DNA from: Azolla caroliniana
Lineage: Eukaryota; Plantae; Polypodiophyta
Direction of reading: 5' to 3'
DNA length: 64,000 nucleotides
Assembly (NCBI GenBank): GCA_043228905.1
Contig: JBHGNT010000020.1
Coordinates: 15,810,001-15,874,000 of the forward strand
The first letter of the stretch is position 1; every line of letters starts with the position of its first letter. The notes beneath the pieces were generated by a model that did not search any database, was not told where the DNA came from, and was given only the letters and a program-made list of their open reading frames with translations. Of this stretch, positions 25,901 to 38,800 are shown one piece after another. A program made the translations under genes and the position numbers.

Positions 25901-28900
25901 CAGGTATGAGCATTTTAATTTACTCACGGGCACTTGTCAACTCCCTCCTCAAATTTGCTAATTTCTTCATGTCTCTCGACCTGAGTTTCAAAATCTTGAT
26001 TTTTTAATTCCATAAGATACCTAGCTTTGTTAGCTTCGATTCACATCTTTGAACACAAAAATCCGATATCACACGAGCCAGGTATGACCATTTTAATTTA
26101 CTCACGGGCTCTTGTCAACTACCTCCTCAAATTTGCTAATTTCTTCATGTCTCTCGACCTGAGTTTCAAAATCTTGATTTCTTAATTCCATAACATAGCT
26201 AGCATTGTTAGCTTCGATTTGCATCTTTGAACACAAAAATCCGATATGACACGAGCCAAGTATGACCATTTTAATTTACTCACGGGCTCTTCTCAAGTCC
26301 CTCCTCAAATTTGCTAATTCCTTCATGTCTCTCGACCTGAGTTTCAAAATATTGATTTCTTAATTCCATAACATAGCTAGCATTGTTAGCTTCGATTTGC
26401 ATCTTTGAACACAAAAATCCGATATGACACGAGCCAAGTATGACCATTTTAATTTACTCACGGGCTCTTCTCAAGTCCCTCCTCAAATTTGCTAATTCCT
26501 TCATGTCTCTCGACCTGAGTTTCAAAATATTGATTTTTTAATTCCATAAGATAGCTAGCTTTGTTAGCTTCGATTTGCATCTTTGAACACAAAAATCCGA
26601 TATCACACGAGCCAGGTATGACCATTTTAATTTACTCACGGGCTCTTGTCAACTCCCTCCTCAAATTTGCTAATTTCTTCATGTCTCTCGACCTGAGTTT
26701 CAAAATCTTGATTTTTTAATTCCATAAGATACCTAGCTTTGTTAGCTTCGATTCACATCTTTGAACACAAAAATCCGATATCACACGAGCCAGGTATGAC
26801 CATTTTAATTTACTCACGGGCTCTTGTCAACTACCTCCTCAAATTTGCTAATTTCTTCATGTCTCTCGACCTGAGTTTCAAAATCTTGATTTCTTAATTC
26901 CATAACATAGCTAGCATTGTTAGCTTCGATTTGCATCTTTGAACACAAAAATCCGATATGACACGAGCCAAGTATGACCATTTTAATTTACTCACGGGCT
27001 CTTCTCAAGTCCCTCCTCAAATTTGCTAATTCCTTCATGTCTCTCGACCTGAGTTTCAAAATATTGATTTTTTAATTCCATAAGATAGCTAGCTTTGTTA
27101 GCTTCGATTTGCATCTTTGAACACAAAAATCCGATATCACACGAGCCAGGTATGACCATTTTAATTTACTCACGGGCTCTTGTCAAGTCCCTCCTCAAAT
27201 TTGCTAATTTCTTCATGTCTCACGACCTGAGTTTCAAAATCTTGATTTCTTAATTCCATAAGATTGCAAGCGTTGTTAGCTTCGATTCGCATCTTTGAAC
27301 ACAAAAATCCGATATCACACGAGCCAGGTATGACCATTTTAATTTACTCACAGGCTCTTCTCAACTCCCTCCTAAAATTTGCTAATTTCTTCATGTCTGT
27401 CGACCTGAGTTTCAAAATCTTGATTTCTTAATTCCATAACATAGCTAGCATCGTTAGCTTCGATTCGCATCTTTGAACACAAAAATCCGATATCACACGA
27501 GCCAGGTATGACCATTTTAATTTACTCACGGGCTCTTGTCAACTCCCTCCTCAAATTTGCTAATTTCTTCATGTCTCTCGACCTGAGTTTCAAAATCTTG
27601 AATTTTTAATTCCATAAGATAGCTAGCGTTGTTAGCTTCGATTTGCATCTTTGAACACAAAAATCCGATATCACACGAGCCAGGTATGACCCGTTTAATT
27701 TACTCACGGGCTCTTCTCAAGTCCCTCCTCAAATTGGCTAATTCCTTCATGTCTCTCGACCTGAGTTTCAAAATCTTGATTTTTTAATTCCGTAAGATAC
27801 CTAGCTTTGTTAGCTTCGATTCACATCTTTGAACACAAAAATCCGATATCACACGAGCCAGGTATGACCATTTTAATTTACTCACGGGCTCTTGTCAACT
27901 ACCTCCTCAAATTTGCTAATTTCTTCATGTCTCTCGACCTGAGTTTCAAAATCTTGATTTCTTAATTCCATAACATAGCTAGCATTGTTAGCTTCGATTT
28001 GCATCTTTGAACACAAAAATCCGATATGACACGAGCCAAGTATGACCATTTTAATTTACTCACGGGCTCTTCTCAAGTCCCTCCTCAAATTTGCTAATTC
28101 CTTCATGTCTCTCGACCTGAGTTTCAAAATATTGATTTTTTAATTCCATAAGATAGCTAGCTTTGTTAGCTTCGATTTGCATCTTTGAACACAAAAATCC
28201 GATATCACACGAGCCAGGTATGACCATTTTAATTTACTCACGGGCTCTTGTCAAGTCCCTCCTCAAATTTGCTAATTTCTTCATGTCTCACGACCTGAGT
28301 TTCAAAATCTTGATTTCTTAATTCCATAAGATTGCAAGCGTTGTTAGCTTCGATTCGCATCTTTGAACACAAAAATCCGATATCACACGAGCCAGGTATG
28401 ACCATTTTAATTTACTCACAGGCTCTTCTCAACTCCCTCCTAAAATTTGCTAATTTCTTCATGTCTGTCGACCTGAGTTTCAAAATCTTGATTTCTTAAT
28501 TCCATAACATAGCTAGCATCGTTAGCTTCGATTCGCATCTTTGAACACAAAAATCCGATATCACACGAGCCAGGTATGACCCGTTTAATTTACTCACGGG
28601 CTCTTTTCAACTACCTCCTCAAATTTGCTAATTTCTTCATGTCTCTCGACCTGAGTTTCAAAATCTTGATTTTTTAATTCCATAAGATAGCTAGCGTTGT
28701 TAGCTTCGATTCGCATCTTTGAACACAAAAATCCGATATCACACGAGCCGGGTATGACCATTTTAATTTACTCACGGGCTCTTCTCAAGTCCCTCCTCAA
28801 ATTTGCTAATTCCTTCATGTCTCTCGACCTGAGTTGCAAAATCTTGATTTTTTAATTCCATGTCATAGCTAGGGTTGTGAGCTTCGATACGCATGTTTGA

Positions 28901-31250
28901 ACACAAAAATCCGATATCACATGAGCCAGGTATGAGCATTTTAATTTACTCACGGGCACTTGTCAACTCCCTCCTCAAATTTGCTAATTTCTTCATGTCT
29001 CTCGACCTGAGTTTCAAAATCTTGATTTTTTAATTCCATAAGATACCTAGCTTTGTTAGCTTCGATTCACATCTTTGAACACAAAAATCCGATATCACAC
29101 GAGCCAGGTATGACCATTTTAATTTACTCACGGGCTCTTGTCAACTACCTCCTCAAATTTGCTAATTTCTTCATGTCTCTCGACCTGAGTTTCAAAATCT
29201 TGATTTCTTAATTCCATAACAGAGCTAGCATTGTTAGCTTCGATTTGCATCTTTGAACACAAAAATCCGATATGACACGAGCCAAGTATGACCATTTTAA
29301 TTTACTCACGGGCTCTTCTCAAGTCCCTCCTCAAATTTGCTAATTCCTTCATGTCTCTCGACCTGAGTTTCAAAATATTGATTTCTTAATTCCATAACAT
29401 AGCTAGCATTGTTAGCTTCGATTTGCATCTTTGAACACAAAAATCCGATATGACACGAGCCAAGTATGACCATTTTAATTTACTCACGGGCTCTTCTCAA
29501 GTCCCTCCTCAAATTTGCTAATTCCTTCATGTCTCTCGACCTGAGTTTCAAAATATTGATTTTTTAATTCCATAAGATAGCTAGCTTTGTTAGCTTCGAT
29601 TTGCATCTTTGAACACAAAAATCCGATATCACACGAGCCAGGTATGACCATTTTAATTTACTCACGGGCTCTTGTCAACTCCCTCCTCAAATTTGCTAAT
29701 TTCTTCATGTCTCTCGACCTGAGTTTCAAAATCTTGATTTTTTAATTCCATAAGATACCTAGCTTTGTTAGCTTCGATTCACATCTTTGAACACAAAAAT
29801 CCGATATCACACGAGCCAGGTATGACCATTTTAATTTACTCACGGGCTCTTGTCAACTACCTCCTCAAATTTGCTAATTTCTTCATGTCTTTCGACCTGA
29901 GTTTCAAAATCTTGATTTCTTAATTCCATAACATAGCTAGCATTGTTAGCTTCGATTTGCATCTTTGAACACAAAAATCCGATATGACACGAGCCAAGTA
30001 TGACCATTTTAATTTACTCACGGGCTCTTCTCAAGTCCCTCCTCAAATTTGCTAATTCCTTCATGTCTCTCGACCTGAGTTTCAAAATATTGATTTTTTA
30101 ATTCCATAAGATAGCTAGCTTTGTTAGCTTCGATTTGCATCTTTGAACACAAAAATCCGATATCACACGAGCCAGGTATGACCATTTTAATTTACTCACG
30201 GGCTCTTGTCAAGTCCCTCCTCAAATTTGCTAATTTCTTCATGTCTCACGACCTGAGTTTCAAAATCTTGATTTCTTAATTCCATAAGATTGCAAGCGTT
30301 GTTAGCTTCGATTCGCATCTTTGAACACAAAAATCCGATATCACACGAGCCAGGTATGACCATTTTAATTTACTCACAGGCTCTTCTCAACTCCCTCCTA
30401 AAATTTGCTAATTTCTTCATGTCTGTCGACCTGAGTTTCAAAATCTTGATTTCTTAATTCCATAACATAGCTAGCATCGTTAGCTTCGATTCGCATCTTT
30501 GAACACAAAAATCCGATATCACACGAGCCAGGTATGACCATTTTAATTTACTCACGGGCTCTTGTCAACTCCCTCCTCAAATTTGCTAATTTCTTCATGT
30601 CTCTCGACCTGAGTTTCAAAATCTTGAATTTTTAATTCCATAAGATAGCTAGCGTTGTTAGCTTCGATTTGCATCTTTGAACACAAAAATCCGATATCAC
30701 ACGAGCCAGGTATGACCCGTTTAATTTACTCACGGGCTCTTCTCAAGTCCCTCCTCAAATTGGCTAATTCCTTCATGTCTCTCGACCTGAGTTTCAAAAT
30801 CTTGATTTTTTAATTCCGTAAGATACCTAGCTTTGTTAGCTTCGATTCACATCTTTGAACACAAAAATCCGATATCACACGAGCCAGGTATGACCATTTT
30901 AATTTACTCACGGGCTCTTGTCAACTACCTCCTCAAATTTGCTAATTTCTTCATGTCTCTCGACCTGAGTTTCAAAATCTTGATTTCTTAATTCCATAAC
31001 ATAGCTAGCATTGTTAGCTTCGATTTGCATCTTTGAACACAAAAATCCGATATGACACGAGCCAAGTATGACCATTTTAATTTACTCACGGGCTCTTCTC
31101 AAGTCCCTCCTCAAATTTGCTAATTCCTTCATGTCTCTCGACCTGAGTTTCAAAATATTGATTTTTTAATTCCATAAGATAGCTAGCTTTGTTAGCTTCG
31201 ATTTGCATCTTTGAACACAAAAATCCGATATCACACGAGCCAGGTATGAC
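16950..31250 (+). repeat. Homogeneous HOR domain: 7-mer (1246 bp) base unit with 17-mer (3026 bp) and 27-mer (4806 bp) super-periods
   Basis: GACCCGTTT...CTTTTCAACTAC at 17008, 18254, 19678, 20746, 23772, 25552, 28578; ATTCCGTAAG at 22981, 27787, 30813; TAACAGAGCT at 24411 and 29217. Confidence 0.88.
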
Positions 31251-32579
31251 CATTTTAATTTACTCACAGGCTCTTCTCAACTCCCTCCTAAAATTTGCTA
31301 ATTTCTTCATGTCTCTCGACCTGAGTTTCCAAATCTTGATTTTTAAATTCAATAAGATAGCTAGCTTTGTTAGCTTCGATTTGCATGTTTGATCACAAAA
31401 ATCCATTATCACACGAGCCAGGTATGAACATTTTAATTTCGTCACGGGCTCTTCTCAAGTCCCTCCTAAAATTTGCTAATTTCTTCATGTCTCTCGACCT
31501 GAGTTTCAAAATCTTGATTTTTTAATTCCATACGATAGCTAGCGTTGTTAGCTTCGATTCGCATCTTTGAACACAAAAATCCGATATCAAACGAGCCAGG
31601 TATGACCCGTTTAATTTACTCACGGGCTCTTTTCAACTACCTCCTCAAATTTGCTAATTTCTTCATGTCTCTCGACCTGAGTTTCAAAATCTTGATTTTT
31701 TAATTCCATAAGATAGCTAGCGTTGTTAGCTTCGATTCGCATCTTTGAACACAAAAATCCGATATCACACGAGCCGGGTATGACCATTTTAATTTACTCA
31801 CGGGCTCTTCTCAAGTCCCTCCTCAAATTTGCTAATTCCTTCATGTCTCTCGACCTGAGTTGCAAAATCTTGATTTTTTAATTCCATGTCATAGCTAGGG
31901 TTGTGAGCTTCGATTTGCATGTTTGAACACAAAAATCCGATATCACACGAGCCAGGTATGACCATTTTAATTTACTCACGGGCTCTTCTCAACTCCCTCC
32001 TCAAATTTGCTAATTTCTTCATGTCTCTTGACCTGAGTTTCAAAATCTTGATTTTTTAATTCCATAAGATAGCTAGGGTTGTGAGCTTTGATTCGCATGT
32101 TTGAACACAAAAATCCGATATCACACGAGCCAGGTATGACCATTTTAATTTACTCACGGGCTCTTGTCAACTCTCTCCTCAAATTTTCTAATTTCTTCAT
32201 GTCTCTCGACCTGAGTTTCAAAATCTTGATTTTTTAATTCCATAAGATAGCTAGCATTGTTAGCTTCGATTCGCATCTTTGAACACAAAAATCCATTATC
32301 ACACGAGCCAGGTATGAACATTTTAATTTACTCACGGGCTCTTTTCAACTCCCTCCTCAAATTTGCTAATTTCTTCATGTCTCTTGACCTAAGTTTCAAA
32401 ATCTTGATTTTTTAATTCCATGTCATAGCTAGGGTTGTGAGCTTCGATTCGCATGTTTGAACACAAAAATCCGATATCACACGAGCCAGGTATGACCATT
32501 TTAATTTACTCACGGGCTCTTGTCAATTCCCTCCTCAAATTTGCTAATTTCTTCATGTCTCTCGACCTGAGTTTCAAAA

Positions 32580-35500
32580 TCTTGATTTTTTAATTCCATA
32601 AGATAGCTAGGGTTGTGAGCTTCGATTTGCATGTTTGATCACAAAAATCCATTATCACACGAGCCAGGTATGAACATTTTAATTTACTCACGGGCTCTTT
32701 TCAACTCCCTCCTAAAATTTGCTAATTTCTTCATGTCTCTTGACCTGAGTTTCAAAATCTTGATTTTCTAATTCCATATCATAGCTAGCATTGTTATCTT
32801 CGATAGGCATCTTTGAACACAAAAATCCGATATCACACGAGCTAGGTATGACCATTTTAATTTACTCACGGGCTCTTCTCAACTCCCTCCTCAAATTTGC
32901 TAATTTCTTCATGTCTCTCGACCTGAGTTTCAAAATCTTGACTTTTTAATTCCATAAGATAGGTAGCGTTCTTAGCTTCGATTCGCATCTTTGAACACAA
33001 AAATCCGATATCACACGAGCTAGGTATGACCATTTTAATTTACTCACGGGCTCTTCTCAAGTCCCTCCTCAAAATTGCTAATTCCTTCATGTCTCTTGAC
33101 CTGAGTTTCAAAATCTTGTTTTCTTAATTCCATGTCATAGCTAGGGTTGTGAGCTTCGATTCGCATGTTTGAACACAAAAATCCGATGTCACACGAGCCA
33201 GGTATGACCATTTTACTTTACTCACGGGCTCTTGTCAACGCCCTCCTCAAATTTGCTAATTTCTTCATGTCTCTCGACCTGAGTTTCAAAATCTTGATTT
33301 TCTAATTCCATAAGATAGCTAACGTTGTTAGCTTCGATTCGCATGTTTGAACACAAAAATCCGATATCACACGAGCCAGGTATGACCATTTTAATTTACT
33401 CACAGGCTCTTCTCAACTCCCTCCTCAAATTGGCTAATTCCTTCATGTCTCTCGACCTGAGTTTCAAAATCTTGATTTTTTAATTCCATAAGATAGCTAG
33501 GGTTGTGAGTTTCGATTTGCATGTTTGATCACAAAAATCCGATATCACACGAGCCAGGTATGAACATTTTAATTTACTCACGGGCTCTTCTCAACTCCCT
33601 CCTCAAATTTGCTAATTTCTTCACGTCTCTTGACCTGAGTTTCAAAATCTTGATTTTGTAATTCGATGTCATAGCTAGGGTTGTGAGCTTCGATTTGCAT
33701 GTTTGAACACAAAAATCCGATATCACACGAGCCAGGTATGACCATTTTAATTTACTCACGGGCTCTTCTCAACTCCCTCCTCAAATTTGCTAATTTCTTC
33801 ATGTCTCTTGACCTGAGTTTCAAAATCTTGATTTTTTAATTCCATGTCATAGCTAGGGTTGTGAGCTTCGATTCGCATATTTGAACACAAAAATCCGATA
33901 TCACACGAGCCAGGTATGACCATTTTAATTTACTCACGGGCTCTTGTCAACTCCCTCCTCAAATTTGCTAATTTCTTCATGTCTCTCGACCTGAGTTTCA
34001 AAATCTTGATTTTTTAATTCCATAAGATAGCTAGCGTTGTTAGCTTCGATTCGCATGTTTGAACACAAAAATCCGATATCACACGAGCCAGGTATGAACA
34101 TTTTAATTTACTCACGGGCTCTTGTCAACTCCCTCCTCAAATTTGCTAATTTCTTCATGTCTCTCGACCTGAGTTTCAAAATCTTGATTTTTTAATTCCA
34201 TAAGATAGCTAGGGTTGTGAGCTTCGATTTGCATGTTTGATCACAAAAATCCATTATCACACGAGCCAGGTATGAACATTTTAATTTACTCACGGGCTCT
34301 TTTCAACTCCCTCCTAAAATTTGCTAATTTCTTCATGTCTCTTGACCTGAGTTTCAAAATCTTGATTTTCTAATTCCATATCATAGCTAGCATTGTTATC
34401 TTCGATAGGCATCTTTGAACACAAAAATCCGATATCACACGAGCCAGGTATGACCATTTTAATTTACTCACGGGCTCTTCTCAACTCCCTCCTCAAATTT
34501 GCTAATTTCTTCATGTCTCTCGACCTGAGTTTCAAAATCTTGACTTTTTAATTCCATAAGATAGGTAGCGTTCTTAGCTTCGATTCGCATCTTTGAACAC
34601 AAAAATCCGATATCACACGAGCTAGGTATGACCATTTTAATTTACTCACGGGCTCTTCTCAAGTCCCTCCTCAAAATTGCTAATTCCTTCATGTCTCTTG
34701 ACCTGAGTTTCAAAATCTTGTTTTCTTAATTCCATGTCATAGCTAGGGTTGTGAGCTTCGATTCGCATGTTTGAACACAAAAATCCGATGTCACACGAGC
34801 CAGGTATGACCATTTTACTTTACTCACGGGCTCTTGTCAACGCCCTCCTCAAATTTGCTAATTTCTTCATGTCTCTCGACCTGAGTTTCAAAATCTTGAT
34901 TTTCTAATTCCATAAGATAGCTAACGTTGTTAGCTTCGATTCGCATGTTTGAACACAAAAATCCGATATCACACGAGCCAGGTATGACCATTTTAATTTA
35001 CTCACAGGCTCTTCTCAACTCCCTCCTCAAATTGGCTAATTCCTTCATGTCTCTCGACCTGAGTTTCAAAATCTTGATTTTTTAATTCCATAAGATAGCT
35101 AGGGTTGTGAGTTTCGATTTGCATGTTTGATCACAAAAATCCATTATCACACGAGCCAGGTATGAACATTTTAATTTACTCACGGGCTCTTCTCAACTCC
35201 CTCCTCAAATTTGCTAATTTCTTCACGTCTCTTGACCTGAGTTTCAAAATCTTGATTTTGTAATTCCATGTCATAGCTAGGGTTGTGAGCTTCGATTTGC
35301 ATGTTTGAACACAAAAATCCGATATCACACGAGCCAGGTATGACCATTTTAATTTACTCACGGGCTCTTCTCAACTCCCTCCTCAAATTTGCTAATTTCT
35401 TCATGTCTCTTGACCTGAGTTTCAAAATTTTGATTTTTTAATTCCATGTCATAGCTAGGGTTGTGAGCTTCGATTCGCATATTTGAACACAAAAATCCGA

Positions 35501-35800
35501 TATCACACGAGCCAGGTATGACCATTTTAATTTACTCACGGGCTCTTGTCAACTCCCTCCTCAAATTTGCTAATTTCTTCATGTCTCTCGACCTGAGTTT
35601 CAAAATCTTGATTTTTTAATTCCATAAGATAGCTAGCGTTGTTAGCTTCGATTCGCATGTTTGAACACAAAAATCCGATATCACACGAGCCAGGTATGAA
35701 CATTTTAATTTACTCACGGGCTCTTGTCAACTCCCTCCTCAAATTTGCTAATTTCTTCATGTCTCTCGACCTGAGTTTCAAAATCTTGATTTTTTAATTC
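32580..35800 (+). repeat. 9-mer HOR (1602 bp), two copies plus a partial third copy near 38.7-39.7 kb
   Basis: CGATAGGCAT at 32801, 34403 and 38853, with co-varying ATAGGTAGCGTTCTT and GTCAACGCCC variants. Confidence 0.85.
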
Positions 35801-38800
35801 CATAAGATAGCTAGCGTTGTTAGCTTCGATTCGCATCTTTGAACACAAAAATCCGATATCACACGAGCCAGGTATGACCATTTTAATTTACTCACGGATT
35901 CTTCTCAACTCCCTCCTCAAATTGGCTAATTCCTTCATGTCTCTCGACCTGAGTTTCAAAATCTTGATTTTTTAATTCCATAAGATAGCTAGCGTTGTTA
36001 GCTTCGATTCGCATCTTTGAACACAAAAATCCGATATCACACGAGCCAGGTATGACCATTTTAATTTACTCACGGGTTCTTCTCAACTCCCTCCTCAAAT
36101 TGGCTAATTCCTTCATGTCTCTCGACCTCAGTTTCAAAATCTTGATTTTCTAATTCCATAAGATAGCTAGCGTTGTTAGCTTCGATTCGCATCTTTGAAC
36201 ACAAAAATCCGATATCACACGAGCTAGGTATGACCATTTTAATTTACTCACGGGCTCTTCTCAACTCCCTCCTCAAATTTGCTAATTTCTTCATGTCTCT
36301 CGACCTGAGTATCAAAATCTTGAGTTTTTAATTCCATGTCATAGCTAGAGTTGTTATCTTCGATTCGCATGTTCGAACACAAAAATTTGATGTCACACGA
36401 GCCAGGTATGACCATTTTAACTTACTCACGGGCTCTTCTCAAGTCCCTCCCCAAATTTGCTAATTTCTTCATGTCTCTCGACCTGAGTTTCCAAATATTG
36501 ATTTTTAAATTCAATAAGATAGCTAGCTTTGTTAGCTTCGATTTGCATCTTTGAACACAAAAATCCGATATTACACGACCGAGGTATGACCATTTTAATT
36601 TACTCATGGGCTCTTCTCAAGTCCCTCCTCAAATTTGCTAATTCCTTCATGTCTCTTGACCTGAGTTTCAAAATCTTGATTTTTTAATTCCATATCATAG
36701 CTAGCTTTGTTAGCTTCGTTATCCATGTTTGAACACAAAAATCCGATATCACACGAGCCAAGTATGACCATTTTAATTTACTCACGGGCTCTTGTCAACT
36801 CCCTCCTCAAATTTGCTAATTGCTTCATGTCTCTCGACCTGAGTTTCAAAATCTTGATTTTTTAATTCCATAAGATAGCTAGCGTTGTTAGCTTCGATTC
36901 GCATCTTTGAACACAAAAATCCGATATCACACGAGCTAGGTATGACCATTTTAATTTACTCACGGGCTCTTCTCAACTCCCTCCTCAAATTTGCTAATTT
37001 CTTCATGTCTCTCGACCTGAGTTTCAAAATCTTGACTTTTTAATTCCATAAGATAGCTAGCGTTCTTAGCTTCGATTCGCATCTTTGAACACAAAAATCC
37101 GATATCACACGAGCTAGGTATGACCATTTTAATTTACTCACGGGCTCTTCTCAAGTCCCTCCTCAAATTTGCTAATTCCTTCATGTCTCTTGACCTGAGT
37201 TTCAAAATCTTGATTTTTTAATTCCATAAGATAGCTAGGGTTGTGAGCTTTGATTCGCATGTTTGAACACAAAAATCCGATATCACACGAGCCAGGTATG
37301 ACCATTTTAATTTACTCACGGGCTGTTGTCAACTGTCTCCTCAAATTTTCTAATTTCTTCATGTCTCTCGACCTGAGTTTCAAAATCTTGATTTTTTAAT
37401 TCCATAAGATAGCTAGCGTTGTTAGCTTCGATTCGCATCTTTGAACACAAAAATCCATTATCACACGAGCCAGGTATGAACATTTTAATTTACTCACGGG
37501 CTCTTTTCAACTCCCTCCTCAAATTTGCTAATTTCTTCATGTCTCTTGACCTAAGTTTCAAAATCTTGATTTTTTAATTCCATGTCATAGCTAGGGTTGT
37601 GAGCTTCGATTCGCATGTTTGAACACAAAAATCCGATATCACACGAGCCAGGTATGACCATTTTAATTTACTCACGGGCTCTTGTCAATTCCCTCCTCAA
37701 ATTTGCTAATTTCTTCATGTCTCTCGACCTGAGTTTCCAAATCTTGATTTTTAAATTCAATAAGATAGCTAGCTTTGTTAGCTTCGATTTGCATGTTTGA
37801 TCACAAAAATCCATTATCACACGAGCCAGGTATGAACATTTTAATTTACTCACGGGCTCTTCTCAACTCCCTCCTCAAATTTGCTAATTTCTTCATGTCT
37901 CTCGACCTGAGTTTCAAAATCTTGATTTTTTAATTCCATGTCATAGCTAGCGTTGTGAGCTTTGATTTGCATCTTTGATCACAAAAATCCGATATCACAC
38001 GAGCCAGGTATGACCATTTTAATTTACTCACGGGCTCTTCTCAAGTCCCTCCTCAAATTTGCTAATTCCTTCATGTCTCTCGACCTGAGGTTCAAAATCT
38101 TGAGTTTTTAATTCCATGTCATAGCTAGCGTTGTTATCTTCGATTCGCATGTTTGAGCACAAAAATTTGATATCACACGAGCCAGGTATGACCATTTTAA
38201 TTTACTCACAGGCTCTTCTCAAGTCCCTCCCCAAATTTGCTAATTTCTTCATGTGTCTCGACCTGAGTTTCCAAATATAGATTTTTAAATTCAATAAGAT
38301 AGCTAGCTTTGTTAGCTTCGATTTGCATCTTTGAACACAAAAATCCGATATCACACGAGCGAGGTATGACCATTTTAATTTACTCATGGGCTCTTCTCAA
38401 GTCCCTCCTCAAATTTGCTAATTCCTTCATGTCTCTTGACCTGAGTTTCAAAATCTTGATTTTTTAATTCCATGTCATAGCTAGGGTTGTGAGCTTCGAT
38501 TCGCATGTTTGAACACAAAAATCCGATATCACACGAGCCAGGTATGACCATTTTAATTTACTCACAGGCTCTTCTCAAGTCCCTCCTCAAATTGACTAAT
38601 TCCTTCATGTCTCTCGACCTGAGTTTCAAAATCTTGATTTTTTAATTCCATAAGATAGCTAGGGTTGTGAGCTTCGATTTGCATGTTTGAGCACAAAAAT
38701 CCATTATCACACGAGCCAGGTATGAACATTTTAATTTACTCACGGGCTCTTTTCAACTCCCTCCTAAAATTTGCTAATTTCTTCATGTCTCTTGACCTGA

